A stretch of 64,000 bases of DNA from Zootoca vivipara. Taxonomy: Eukaryota. Below are positions 38,287-59,270 of this stretch, one piece after another. How positions within the stretch are numbered: position 1 is the stretch's first letter; the number at the start of each line of letters is the position of its first letter. The translations under genes and the position numbers were made by a program. The stretch lies in contig NC_083282.1 in the NCBI RefSeq assembly GCF_963506605.1, positions 83,824,001-83,888,000 on the forward strand, given 5' to 3'. A model generated the notes under the pieces. It searched no databases and was not told the DNA's origin. It saw nothing but the letters and a program-made list of their open reading frames with translations.

Positions 38287-41200
38287 CTGTTACACAGAGC
38301 AATATTTTTGAAGCTTAAATACACGTAAAATGCAGTTCATAAAACATTCTGTAAACCTTATGAATTCAGCTTCCCAATGCCAGGCTGTCATTCTGCCAGA
38401 TCAGGATGTTAGTTCTCCACAGAAACATTAAATTGGGGCAGGCAGTACTGCAAATCAGGACAGCGACAGCAATGGAAGCTTGTATTATTTATTTATCATC
38501 ATCATCATCATCAGTATTACAATTAAGAACATTTGTTCACCACTCTTTGCAGAGTGGCGTACATAATTAAAACAAGACAATCCTTGCCTGCAGGTTTACA
38601 ATCTAGAAGGCATGACTCAAAAGTAGTGGAGGGAAGAGGGGGAGATGCAAACCCAGCAACCAATTTGAGCTGCAAACAGTTCAGGGTCCCCCTTGCAATG
38701 CTTACTTAGTAGGTAAAGGCAGGTGGCTCTGTCATTTCTGCTGGCATAGACTGAACAGGATGTATTGTATACATTTCAGAAAATCACTAGAGCCTTGAAA
38801 CATTGTAAGTTTGGAGCTTACAGCAGAAAATAATTTGCCAAGTATTGTTAGGAACCACCTGCTTGGGGCAAGTCTCTGATAACTTTTGCCTCTCTTTCCC
38901 CTTCCAATAATGCATTATTGCTCCCTGCTCTATAGCTAGGTGGATTCCTCTCTTCATCACCTGTCCTATGTTTTCCATCCCAACCTGTGACATCTTAACC
39001 TTTTCTTCCTGCTCCCACTTTACCTTTTAAAATTAACTGCGTACTGTATCTAGGAATGTTGTAGGGCATGTAGAGTCCCTAACAGAGCGATGACTGGGTG
39101 TTGCTCTCTTCATCTTTCGACATCAGCTTTTATTTGGAAGTCATTGTAATGGGGACATTGAATTACTTGATGGTACCCCTTACTCTCAAGTAGGACTGCA
39201 AATTGGTGGCCTGGATGCAGAGTCCTGAGGTCACCAACCAGCCAACACCAGAGGTAATATCATGAGACTGCGGTCAGCAGTGCGTCTGTTGGAGCAGAGG
39301 TGGAGAACCTGTCCCGTCCCCCTCAACATTGCTGGACTTGAAATCTCATCAGCCTCAGCCAATATGGCCAATGGTTAGATGACAGGAATCATAGCATAAG
39401 AGCATCTCAAGGGCCACCCCCGGGTGCTATAGCAAAAGCTTTGTCAGCAATGAACCACAACTCTCTCCTATCACTTTCCATCTGCCATTAGACTGGCCGA
39501 GCTTAGCATGGTGCCCTCATTTTTACAGGTGTGCAAATGTTCTTTTTAAAATAGAAGCCACAAGGACTTTGATCCAGATCAGGACCATGACACAGGTGAA
39601 GGTTCTCTTCTCCCCACCCCCCCACCTGCAATGAAATTTATGCTAAAGCTATTAGCATAAAGAGTGATTTACCTGTTATCTCTGAGCAACCATTCATGAA
39701 TTTTCTATTGTATCCAGGTTAACAGGAAACAGACAAGATGCTTGTGTGGCCAAATCTCCATACAGTCTTGCCCCCTGTCCATTTCCGCCTTCTGTTTCTT
39801 TCCAAATTAATCCCTGCCTTACAGGCCATACCTATGTGGCTACCCTACTGCCATAACATAACATTTTCCTAATGAGACAAGAAGACTGGGATAGGGAATT
39901 ACAGTGATGACTCATTGCTGATTGTTCTAGTGAAATGTACACTTTGGTAAATTTTAAGAAGGTAGTTTCTGTTGATTTAGGAAACCATAAGGCATGTAAG
40001 AGAAACTAATTTGATCACAGCTACAACTCTGATACCATCCTCTTTGCTGCTGTGCTTTTTTCTTCCCTAAAATGAAAAAGTAGCACCTACAATGGAAGAA
40101 AGAGGGGATGAGCTGCACATAAGCACTTTCCAAGGGCTGAAGGTTGGGGATGACTTTTTAAGGAGAAGAATATTGCATACACTCAGCATATACTTCAGTA
40201 GAAAGAGCATGTTATACCAAAGTTTAGGAACCTCTGCTCTAGACAGTAAAGTTTGCACAGGCTTTTGCCTAATATCTAAGAATTCTAATCTCCATTCCCA
40301 CAATTCCTCTCAAATTATGAAAACGATCCAAGCAAATTAAAGATAAAATATACAGGCTTTGAAATAATTACTCAGTATTTAAATGCTGTGACCTTTTTTT
40401 ATCAGAACAGATAGTTACTATGCACCAAAATTAAAACACAGTTTTGAATATCAAACATTGACATTTTAATTAAGTTAAGAACATTCTCAAATATATAAAA
40501 AACTGATATGCTTTTACAAATGCAATAAAGAAAAAGTACAAAAATATTTAAAATTTAAATATGCAAGTAAACATTTGTAACCTTAGGCAGATTCACAGGT
40601 TTTCTTCCTTCCGCTTTCCCCCATTTGAAGATTAAAGGATACATTTCTATCTAAATAAGCACTCAAAACTAGTGCTAGTTCTGTTTTACTGACATATGCT
40701 TATATGGCAGAAAATTGCATGCACAAGCAGACTTCTGTAACTGTTCTCAATATATAAATGAGAAGATCTACAGAATTAGAGATTGCAAAATGAACTTGCA
40801 ACCCATTAGTTCTGCCAATTACTACTTGGTGTAGTATCTTCAGGGAGATAATAGGCTTCCACCTCTTCAGGCCTTCATATGAAAGGTACCTTATACAGAA
40901 ATTTTAATTGGCCCTCTTCTACAACAGCATTACTTTGTTTCCACTGCTATTTTTATTTCACACAATATCCATGTTTAAAAAATCTTCCATTTGGGTTTTG
41001 TATTCCATTCTCAACTTTCACCTCTAGAAATATTCCCCTGTGAAGAACAGGAAGAATATTGCAATCTCACCATTATTTTAGCTATGGAATTAAAGAATAC
41101 TAAATGGCAAAATTAAGCAACCTGTCACATTTTGTTCCTTATTGGAGACAGAAGAAACAATTTACTATTTAAGAAATGTTAATAGTCCATGATGTCCTGC

Positions 41201-42083
41201 TGAGCAAGCATATAAATCATTATGCAATTCATTTAACAATGTTACAGTACATTTGAAATGGAACAAATACTTCTGTCTCAGAGTTTACATATTTATATTA
41301 CTTCCAGTTTCTTGAAACTGCAAAACCAAAGAATGAGCATATAACAAAATTACATTTTGCAACTGTAACGGTATCTTTTTGAAGTCGATCTACAAAACTA
41401 AAATAGTGGATTTCTGAACAAATTTCCCCCCTTAGTTATCTCATGCAGCTTCTGCCAAACTCATAATTTGCCTAGTACAAATCTTTAGCTGGTTAATCCT
41501 TCAAAATTATGAAGCATTTCTTAATAGAGCAAAGCTTTAAGGTAAGGGAACAAATGCTATGTGCCACACTTTTCATGTTAGCAAATTGTAACACTCATGA
41601 CAGCAGCATACAAAGCAGCATTTTAATATAAACAATCATATTTCAAGTAATAACCAATGTTCTGACAACACAAACTACCCAAGCTACTGTACCCAGGATA
41701 ATTCATCTTAATTTGGGTCCCAAAAGTAACAGAGTCTAGGAAAACCTGAATTCTATCAAAGATGGGGTTAACAATAGATTAACCTTCCAGTTTGTTCTAT
41801 TGGAGGCCTATTATAGGTTGTAACTTTAAGATACTTCCAGTGTTTGCAGGAACTGAAAGTTCAGATTATTTCAGCTGAAAGTAACACAGTTGAATGGAAC
41901 TGAGTCCTGCATATTACCTTCATGTATGAACGTATGCAACTTCTCTCCAGGTTTTTAATTTAAAAATCTAATCTACAGTCCTCTTTCTTTTCAACAGATA
42001 GAATAAATATTTCCAGCTTGAAGGAAGTTTACAACTACTTGCTTCATATGTTCAGGCCTGATATAGACAAATATAGCTATATT

Positions 42084-49915
<7,832 letters not shown>

Positions 49916-50859
49916 CGCGGCGGCCGAAGGAGAAGGAAAATGGAGGCGGCGGGGGGGGTTGCCTCTCGGCAGCCTCCGTTTCCTTCAGGCGCCCCCCGCG
50001 ACGCCCTTCCGAGCCGCCCGCCCGCCCAGCCTGACTGACGGATCTGAGAAAGGACTGAGGCGGAGGGGGAGGGGACGAAAAGAGCCGGGTGACCGTTCCC
50101 CCTCCCGCCCCTAAGTGCGCCTGCTCCGCCCGTGAGGGGGGAGTGGGAGGGGCTAAGCACCTAGGGAAACGTCTGATAGGGCGGCGTCCTATTCACCGGC
50201 TGGGCGACGTCAGAACTGAAGCCATCCTTCCTTCGGCTACCCTGAGAGCGAGGGGGGCCTCGGGCGCCAGCAGCGCGTGAGCCGCAGCAGCGCGCGTGCG
50301 CACCATCCCAACGGTTTCTACGCGCCGGGCGCCCTCGAGGACGCGCCCCCTCCCATTTTGCTGAGGTCCTCAGTGCTGCATTGGGGCAGGGGGAGCGCCT
50401 GGCACCACCACGATTATGTCCCCAACTGTAGTATTTTAATTTTATTTATTATTATATTTGTATCCCACCTTTCATTCAAGGAGCTCAAGGTGGCATTCTT
50501 TCACCACTCTTCACCCCCCCCCCGCCACAACAACAACAACCCTGTGAGGTAGGCTAGGTTGTGCTACTGTGACTGGAGTGGGGTTTTTAAGGCCTGGATA
50601 AGAAAGATGATCAGGACGCCTGTTTGCAATAAAAATGCAGGTAATAGTGTTTCCCAATCGGGGGGAAAATGAATAGCCCCAGAAGCAAGGGTGGTGCAGT
50701 GTCAGTTTGATGTTGGGTCTGAGTGTCTGGCAAATGACCCTGGTTGGAAACCTCAATGACTTTGAGCCAGCAAATTGCTCTCAGCCTGTCCTACCTCACA
50801 GGATTGTTCAGAGGATAAAATGGTCAGGTGTAGGGGAGAACCAAGTATGCCGGATAAAA

Positions 50860-52523
50860 ATGTGTGATGGAGTAGCGGGAACGATTAAGTGCCTTCTTGC
50901 CACGAGAGCAAGTCTTCAGAGAACTGTAGAGGGACAAATTTTGAATGCACAAGATTTATTTGAATTTGCTTCCAAAAACAAAGGGAATTCAGGTCTTTTT
51001 CACACCATCAGCTGAGGTGGGTGCCAACGAAGAGTTCCTGAAGGGACGGTATCATACAGTAATTCATTATCAGTACCCTGTTTCTCATATTTTAAGACAT
51101 ACCCATAAAATAAGCATAGCAGGATTTTTAAGCATTCAAGGAATATAAGCCATACCCCGAAAATAAGACATAGTGATAGGCACAGCAGCAATGCCGGCCG
51201 GAGGAGGAGGAGGAAAAAAATAAGACATCCCTTGAAAATAAGCCATAGTGTGTTTTTTTGAGGAAAAAATAAATATAAGACATGTCTTATAATATGAGAA
51301 ACACGGTAGGTGGCACCAGAGAGAGCCACTTCTTCAAACCACTGGACAAAAAGAACCCTTTTGGTGAAGCGGGTTTCAGTTAATTCTGACAAATCTTTAA
51401 AAGCCACTGTTGGTGATAAAACCAAAGAACTAGTCAATATTATTCCAGAAATGTTTTATGCAGTTATGAATGACAGAAAGTGGTGGATTGGGAAGATACT
51501 AGACAGCTGTGTAGAGGAAAGGGATGCTAAAGTTCAGTTCATGCATCCACCTGGTCCTTGACCAGCATATTTTTGGCCAAGAATGACTACTGCTGGGTGC
51601 CCTATGAAAATATAATCAGATAAGTTCCAGTTCCTTCATCATCAACTGTATCAGGGAGAACATATGCCATAGATGATAAAGTCCACAAAGAAGTGCAGAA
51701 ATTGGCAAAAAGAATGATGTAACCTTTGACTACAAAGGTAAGCTAACAGTGAAATAATGCAAAAATAACTTCATATGACATTGTAACAAGAGGGTACAAT
51801 TTTAACTATTCTCATGAATGTGTGAGTTATTTCAGGCTCAAAGAGAACTTAAACCTGTACATTTTTTTTTTTGTAAAAATCTATTTTATAACCACAAAAA
51901 ACACCCTCATTTTTTGAACATATCAAGTACATGGTTAGCCCAATCTACAAAAAAAGTATATATGTGTTAGTTGTGGTTTGTGAGCTATGGCTTATCGGAC
52001 CTACCGGGAATAAAATGACAAAAAAATCACTTTGAATGGTGACCCTTTTCTGTGGCACTTAACATTTTTATATCTTATTTTGAAAGAGGCCACAATTAGC
52101 TTAATTTTGATACCAAAATAAGCCAAATTGGTTGAAAAATAAGTGAAACAGTTTTTTTCTAAACTGATGCAGAAATTGTCCAGCATACTTTTAAAGTGGC
52201 ACTTTTGAATGATTATTTTTGAATGATTATTTTTGATGTATTTTAATGTTTATTGGAAGCCGCCCAGAGTGGCAGGGGAAGCCCAGCCAGATGGGCGGGG
52301 TATAAATAAAATATTATTATTATTATTATTATTAGCCTAAATCACGTGAAAATCGACATTAAAAAAATTCTCCTGTGCCCAATTTTGGACCAAAAAAATC
52401 TTTAAAAAATAATTTGAGGTTATCTCATAGGTATCTACACATTTATTTATTTTTGAAGAAAATCTGAGTTGTGAGATCATGGTCAAGTATTAAAATCATG
52501 TGATTTGGTGTGGAATGATCCTC
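50860..52523 (+). mobile_element. Degenerate DNA transposon with transposase remnants (Sola2-like), interrupted by a pogo-type MITE at ~51074-51308
   Basis: Peptide remnants CDGVAGTIKCLLATRASLQ...QILNAQDLFEFA and KWWIGKIL...VQFMHPPGP...CWVP. The right end reads GAGGATCATTCCA on the minus strand. Confidence 0.55.
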
Positions 52524-54782
52524 TTACTATCTTTACTGGTGCACAGAAGGTTATGCTACTGTAAAAACTTTAGCATTTAAGGTACTGCAGCACTGTTGTT
52601 TGAACTACAACAGATTAACACAGCTACCAATAATAGGTATGACATTACTATGGCATCTGGAATGTTACTTGAAAGGAGGCTGCTTTGAGGAATGCATAAC
52701 TTCTGGGTGGTTTGGACAATAAAAAATAGGTAGCTGTGGGGAGGAAGAACCAGTTTTTATTTGGAATATTTACAGAAACCAGATTGCATATTTATATTGG
52801 GCAACAACAACAACAATAATAATTGCTAAGTTAATCCTTAATCCTCTACACTCTTCCTTGAACAGAACAGCCCTGGAATACTGTGGGCTCATTGCAATCT
52901 AGAAAGGAAGTTATTGGAAGAATACAACTTTGCAGCACCCTAAGCAATCACAGGTACAGTAAATAGTCCCCTGGAAGCATACTACCAGGCCAAGGTAATG
53001 CGGCTTGTGGGCAGGTGGTTTTAACATCACTTTTTAGTGCTTACATGTAACCTGTTGCTACAAGTGCTGTACAGGAAAGTGACATTTTCAGAAAAGAATT
53101 TTAAAATGTCCACAATATGTTTTTATGATTGCATCCCCTATGGAATTACCTGTGGGAAAGGTTTGAGGGTAGTGGGTCAAGAAGCCTTCCATTTCTTATT
53201 TATCATCTCTTCCAGGCCCTTTGGATCTGGGATATTGTGTCGTTCTGCTTGGCTTTTAAGTCTGGTGTCTAAGGCTGCATTCACAGGTGGTATTGTTCAT
53301 GTGAGTTATTTGGCATGGCATCAGCATTCTTCTACAGATGCTTCACATACTTAAGAGTGGAGTGCAGTCAGAACAGAACTTGCCAACTTCTAAAAACCTC
53401 AGTGCCTTTATTAGGATAAAAGTGTCATCAAATACCGGTAGTGAGCAAGCCTTTTGAGTCCTACAGAGCTTCTTAGTAGGCTGGATATCAAGCAAAGGTA
53501 GAAGAAAGGAGAATGGGAAATTGAAGTAACAAAGTCTGAATTGTTCCTAGTCTTCAGATGCATTTCAACACCTATATTAGGGTAATACCTTTATTTTGTA
53601 GAAAGTTCATAGGCATTTTAATTCATTTTAGTCTATTGTGGTTTTAACCTTTTGTATGTTTTAAACTACGGCAGTAAATATTTTAGTGATAATCTTATTG
53701 TTTTATCTTTTTTGTAAACTGCTTTGAGGTTTTTTCTACAATCCAGCAGTATATAAATTTTATGAAATAAAACAGATAGAAATAAATTAGACCTAATATG
53801 GTTTTTCGATTTATTTTTTTAAACACTAGACCAGTACAACTACCATTTGTTTTTAAGATGATATTCAGGAAGAGGTGGCAGACCTTGGCCACTTCTAGCA
53901 TCTAGTAGAGAGCACTGACAGAGAACCATTTTCACTAAGTGCTGCAGTCCTTCCAGACTATCATCCAAGGACCACATGCCAGAGGTGCATAGGGCAGGAG
54001 TCAAAAGTGGACAGTTCAGTGAATGCAAATTTTACCTTTGAGTAGTACACTAGTTTCTACACACATTCCACTCTAGCCTCCACCCAGGCAAGCAAGTAGC
54101 ATTATCAGAGTTCAATGAAACATTCCAGGCAGGCAAAACCACTCAAGGAAGATGCAAAGCAGGACTGGTAAACAGGGTGGTGAGACTGGAAAGCCTGAAT
54201 TTTCCCATTCATATCTGAGGTGTACCTAGGATCCCTTGCACTGGAATGCTGAGCAGTGTGTGCGTGCGCACTCCAGGTGTTGTGGAAGGACTCAAATGCC
54301 TAATGGAATTTTTGTATCCACTCTGGCCTGCGCCACCAGCGGGGTCCAGTTTCTCTAACCCCTAGGTATGCCTCTGCCTGCTATACAGCATCTTAAGCCT
54401 CTGAGCAACATAGATGTGTGTCTTCACTATCCATCTTTTTGACCAGACACCATCCCAGCAGAAAGCTGTCAGCATTAGGTCCTATTGGACCAGAGAAGGT
54501 GATCATACAAAATGAAAATGACTAAAACTATCATCTAGGTTTAGGAAGCCAATAGTTCTTCCTTCTGATTCTTTGCTTCTCACTTTTGTAACTACCCAAT
54601 TTACTGCTGGCTTTGTATTTTCAAAGGAAGAGTGGCCAATTGTCCCATCGCAGTAGCCCTTGATAGAACCTGAAATCATTTTGCACCTGGTACAACCTGC
54701 CCTAACTAAATACACACAACACCTTATGCCATCTTAAGGCTGCCCCAAAGCAAATGTTTGGCCTTTTCATTATATCTTGAAC

Positions 54783-55103
54783 CAGGGGTCAGCAAACTTT
54801 TTCAGCAGGGGGCCGGTCCACTGTCCCTCAGATCTTGTGGGGGGCCGGACTATATTTTGGAGGGGGGAAAATGAACGAATTCCTATGCCCCACAAATAAC
54901 CCAGAGATGCATTTTAAATAAAAACACACATTCTACTCATGTAAAAACACCAGGCAGGCCCACAAATAACCCAGAGATGCATTTTAAATAAAAGGACACA
55001 TTCTACTCATGTAAAAACATGCTGATTCCCAGACTGTCCGCGGGCCTGATTTAGAAGGCGATTGGGCCACTTCTGGCCCCCGGGCCTTAGTTTGGGGACC
55101 CTG
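54783..55103 (+). mobile_element. Non-autonomous hAT-type DNA transposon
   Basis: caggggtc...gaccctg termini; perfect 8-bp TSD tcttgaac. Confidence 0.85.
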
Positions 55104-55722
55104 TCTTGAACCCTCCACCTTTCCTTGAAAACTGAACATCTAATTCTGACATAAGTGTTCTGGAGCACTTGAAAGCTTTTTCAATACTAAAACATTTAAG
55201 TTGGTCGCAGTACAATAAGGTTTGTGCTTTGACATCAATTCTACAACAGTGATCCTGAGAAAGCTCTGCATACTTAAATATTAGCTCTGGACCATCTTTC
55301 CAACTTGCCACTAGATTGAGATTTATTAGCAAGTGTTTATTTCTTTGAAGTTTAAAATTATAAATTTTTAAAGCTTTTTTTCTTCCTCATTACATCAGTT
55401 CATAAAAGTTCCACGGTTAACAGTAGATTTACAAGCTAAGTTGTGACAATAATTCTTTGTGAAAGAGTGGTTTAGGAGGGATGGGAACTTGTGGCCTTCC
55501 ACATGTTGTTAGAATCCAACTCCCATCATCTCAAGTCAGTATGGCCGATGGTCAGGGAAGATGGGAGATGGACTCCAACATCATTTGCTTCTCACACCTG
55601 GTTTAGCAGAAAGCAGAGGCTTGATATTCTGGTTCAGCTGCTGTCTGACATTGCAGCCAACTATCTAAAAAGACAGGTGCACATGTGAAGTAATCAACAG
55701 CCTTCTGGATATACACAGGCAT

Positions 55723-58700
55723 TTACTCTTCTGTTTCATTGTAGACAGGTGGCAAGATTCTCCTAGAGTTGGCCTTAACCCATGGGTGCGCTATTATTTC
55801 TTTCAAGGGAAGCCGCAGGGAAGGTGTGCGGTTGAGTACTTTGGATATTAGGTCTTTGGCTCCATCTGACACCCAAGAAGGGAATGAAAAGTTAACCTTG
55901 GAAGAAAAGAATGTTTTAAGTTACATTTTCTTATGAAGCTAGTTGTGTCTTCTGCTTTCTTTCTTTTTAAAAAAAAAACTTGAATGCATTACCCTAGTGC
56001 CAGTTTATCTGCTTCTCCACCCCCATGCAGCTTTCCTAGCTGCACATCAGCTTTGCCCTAAGATGCTCATACTGTTGGACAAGGACATTGTCAATTATGT
56101 ATCTTGTTCAGCACTTCTAGAAATAGGGTTATGTTAGCCATCCCTCAAAGGCCGACATGTCTGTGGGGGTATGGTCAAGGTATAAAAGGTAAAAAAAGAT
56201 AAAGGACCCCTGGACAGTTAAGTCCAGTCAAAGGCAATGATGAGGTTCTGGTGCTCATCTTGCTTTCAGGCCAAGGGAGCCGGCATTTGTCCACAGACAG
56301 CTTTCCGGGTCATGTATATGTACCAGCAGCCACACGCTAGGCATGTGCATTCATTGAACAAGCAGTACACACACTCACCAGACACATAGTCTCTCAGAAC
56401 TCTGGTATACACACACATGTCTTGCTCTTTCCACTCCAGTGTTGGGGGCGGGAGGAAACCCTTCCTTTTACTCTTTCAAGAACAGGCAGAGGGCTCATCT
56501 TCACACTGTGGCATTTAGTGCCAAGATCTGAGATCAAAGAACTTATCTAAAAAGGCAGCCAGGGGCTCTTTTATTTCCTAATCGGAAGATTAAGCACTCT
56601 ATTTGCTCTTTAAAAATTGCTCTCTAAATAATAGAGGGTGTTATCTCCTGACTAGATTTTGAGAAAAAAGCATCAGGGGCTGGCAGGCCACATGATCTGG
56701 CAGGGTGGGGGCAGATCTTGATTGTGGGTTAGCCACCCTGGCTCATGGCTCTTAAGCTTGATGCTATAACCTAATGTGCCCATTCAAGTCTCAATGATAA
56801 ACCATCAAGATTTGGCCCCAAGTTTCAAGCTGTAGATTGCAAATTCCATTTAATCTCAAAGCTTTTTGCTCAGAAGAACATACCTCTTTTATTCTTCGGA
56901 AAGTCTCCATCTGCGTTGGTGCTTCAAATGGTGCATATCCTGCAAGACACTCGTAACAAAGGACACCAACGCACCACACATCGACATTCTCACTGTGTGG
57001 ACTCCCCTCTATCATTTCTGGAGCAAGGTAGTCCGCAGTGCCACAGAACGTTGTCCTCCTATTTTTTTTTAAATAAAAAAAATGGGGTCAGTTTAAAGTG
57101 CCAGTTGAAACCCAGTTTAAAATGGGTTCACTTTTAACAGGACACATTATTCTCCCGATGAAAGCATGAATTTTACTGACCCTATTCTGCCTTTCACAGC
57201 TGCCAAATACACAGAAATTTAGCAGGTGAATTTTTTGCTCACATGAATCTTCCCAACAGTACTGAATTCTTAAAAAATATATGTGTATACATACCTAAGC
57301 GATGGAGCATGCACTGACCATCCAAAGTCTGCCAACTTCAGCTCCCCTCTTAATCCTAACAGGAGGTTTTCTGGCTTAATATCTCTATGAATCACTTTTA
57401 GAGCATGGCAGTACATCAGAGCATCAGATATTTCTTCCATATACTGTAGATGTATGATTCGCAGAAAATAAAAAAAATAGATGTTAATTCTGGCTGTTAA
57501 CCAAGACTGCATGCAACTGTACATAAATTTACTAGTGAGACTGGATTAAAAGTGCACTCACTGCTGCTGTAATGCACAATAAGGTTTCCTCTATGAGTCT
57601 GGGGAGAAAACTTACGGTTTTCCCACTGTAGAAAGAGTTGGGTTTACACAGCGCTGATTGGCCAACCATTGTGTAAGTAGCAGAAAAAAATCCCTGGAAT
57701 AGGGCATTGCACAGGAGAGTTACAAGGGCAAAATACAGAGGCCTGGAGGGCTGTATTTTGTCCCGTGGTGTAAGGTACTTGACCATTGCACGCAATGTTC
57801 TGTCCCCACCCACTTGTGATTTGGCTCCACCTACCACTGGTAGGCAGACTCCAAACTCTCCCCCTCCCCCCAGCCAAGATAATGTGGCTTTTGGTGATTC
57901 CCATCCTTAGGCTAGAACTTCATTTGGAGAGCAACTAATTGGGTCTTGGAAATAAATATTACATTCAATGCACCTCCTCTTCTCAAAAGGAATCTCTTTA
58001 GTCCACTTCAACTGAAACAAAGTAATAAGAAACTTAAATCTGTGATCACACGGGATGACCTTAAAGTCTGCTGTGTCTGAAGTTTGGGTGCAACTCAGCT
58101 TGCAGAAAGAGGTTTGTATGGAGTTTGAACAGATAAAAGGACCTCCAGATTCCCAGACTATCCCTGTACTTTTAACCTCTTTGCTAAACCTCCATATCCT
58201 TTACACTTTAGACTGAAACATTTTAAGTTGCATCCTGTTTACAACTTCTTTCTCACACTTGCATTGAGTATGAGGCCATCTTCTGGGAGCAAAGGGGCAA
58301 GTATGGCTTCTTTGTTTCTCCAACTACCAGTAGTTATTTATCCAGGACTATAGAATTCTTTCCTTTCCAGAATGTCCTTCTGTTAATAAGCATAAGCTTT
58401 CTTATTTTATACTCAGTCTCAGTCTGATTACCTTCCAATGAAAGGTGTGCTCCAATCAAAGACTCATCTCACTAAAGGCAACTTCAGCGGTCTGAATTTT
58501 TAAAGTTCCAAATCTTTATTTCTGGAAATATCCAATTGTGATTTCAAATTCGGTTGTTAGTCCTTGAAGCTTTGCTGCTTTCATCAGGAGCCTGAGACTT
58601 CGCAAGTGCAAGAGTAGTGATGTGCAAGAGTAGTGACCTCAGCACCCGCAACTCAATCCTATTCCCGGACTTTTTACTAAAATCCAGGCGACAGGAGAAT

Positions 58701-59211
58701 TGCTCTGGGCGCAGCCGGGTACCCAATTCCTCAAGGTTCCCCTATTAAACCTCTTGCGCTGCTCGGAATTCCCCAGAGAGTTTGAAGAAGAATAAGAAGA
58801 GCTTGGATTTGATATCCTGCTTTAGCACTACCCAAAGGAGTCTCAAAGCGATTAACATTCTCCTTTCCCTTCCTCCCCCACAACAAACACTCTGTGAGGT
58901 GAGTGGGGCTTCAAAGAAGTGTGACTAGCCCAAGGTCACCCAGCAGCTGCAGGTGGAGGAGCAGAGACGTGAACCCAGTTCACCAGATTACGATTCTACC
59001 ACTCTTAACGACTACACCACACTGGCTCTCTATCTCTGAGGGCTATTCCGTGCTCCCTCTGATGGCCACAGCTCAGCGGAGTCTGACAGGCTGGACCTTA
59101 AGCACTGGTGCAATGGGCTATGCCGTCCTGTATGCCCAAATGTCCTTCTCTCCATCTCTGCAATCAATGGCTTGGTCGGTTTGTAGTTGCAGAACCAAAT
59201 CAGCAGAAGAC

Positions 59212-59270
<59 letters not shown>

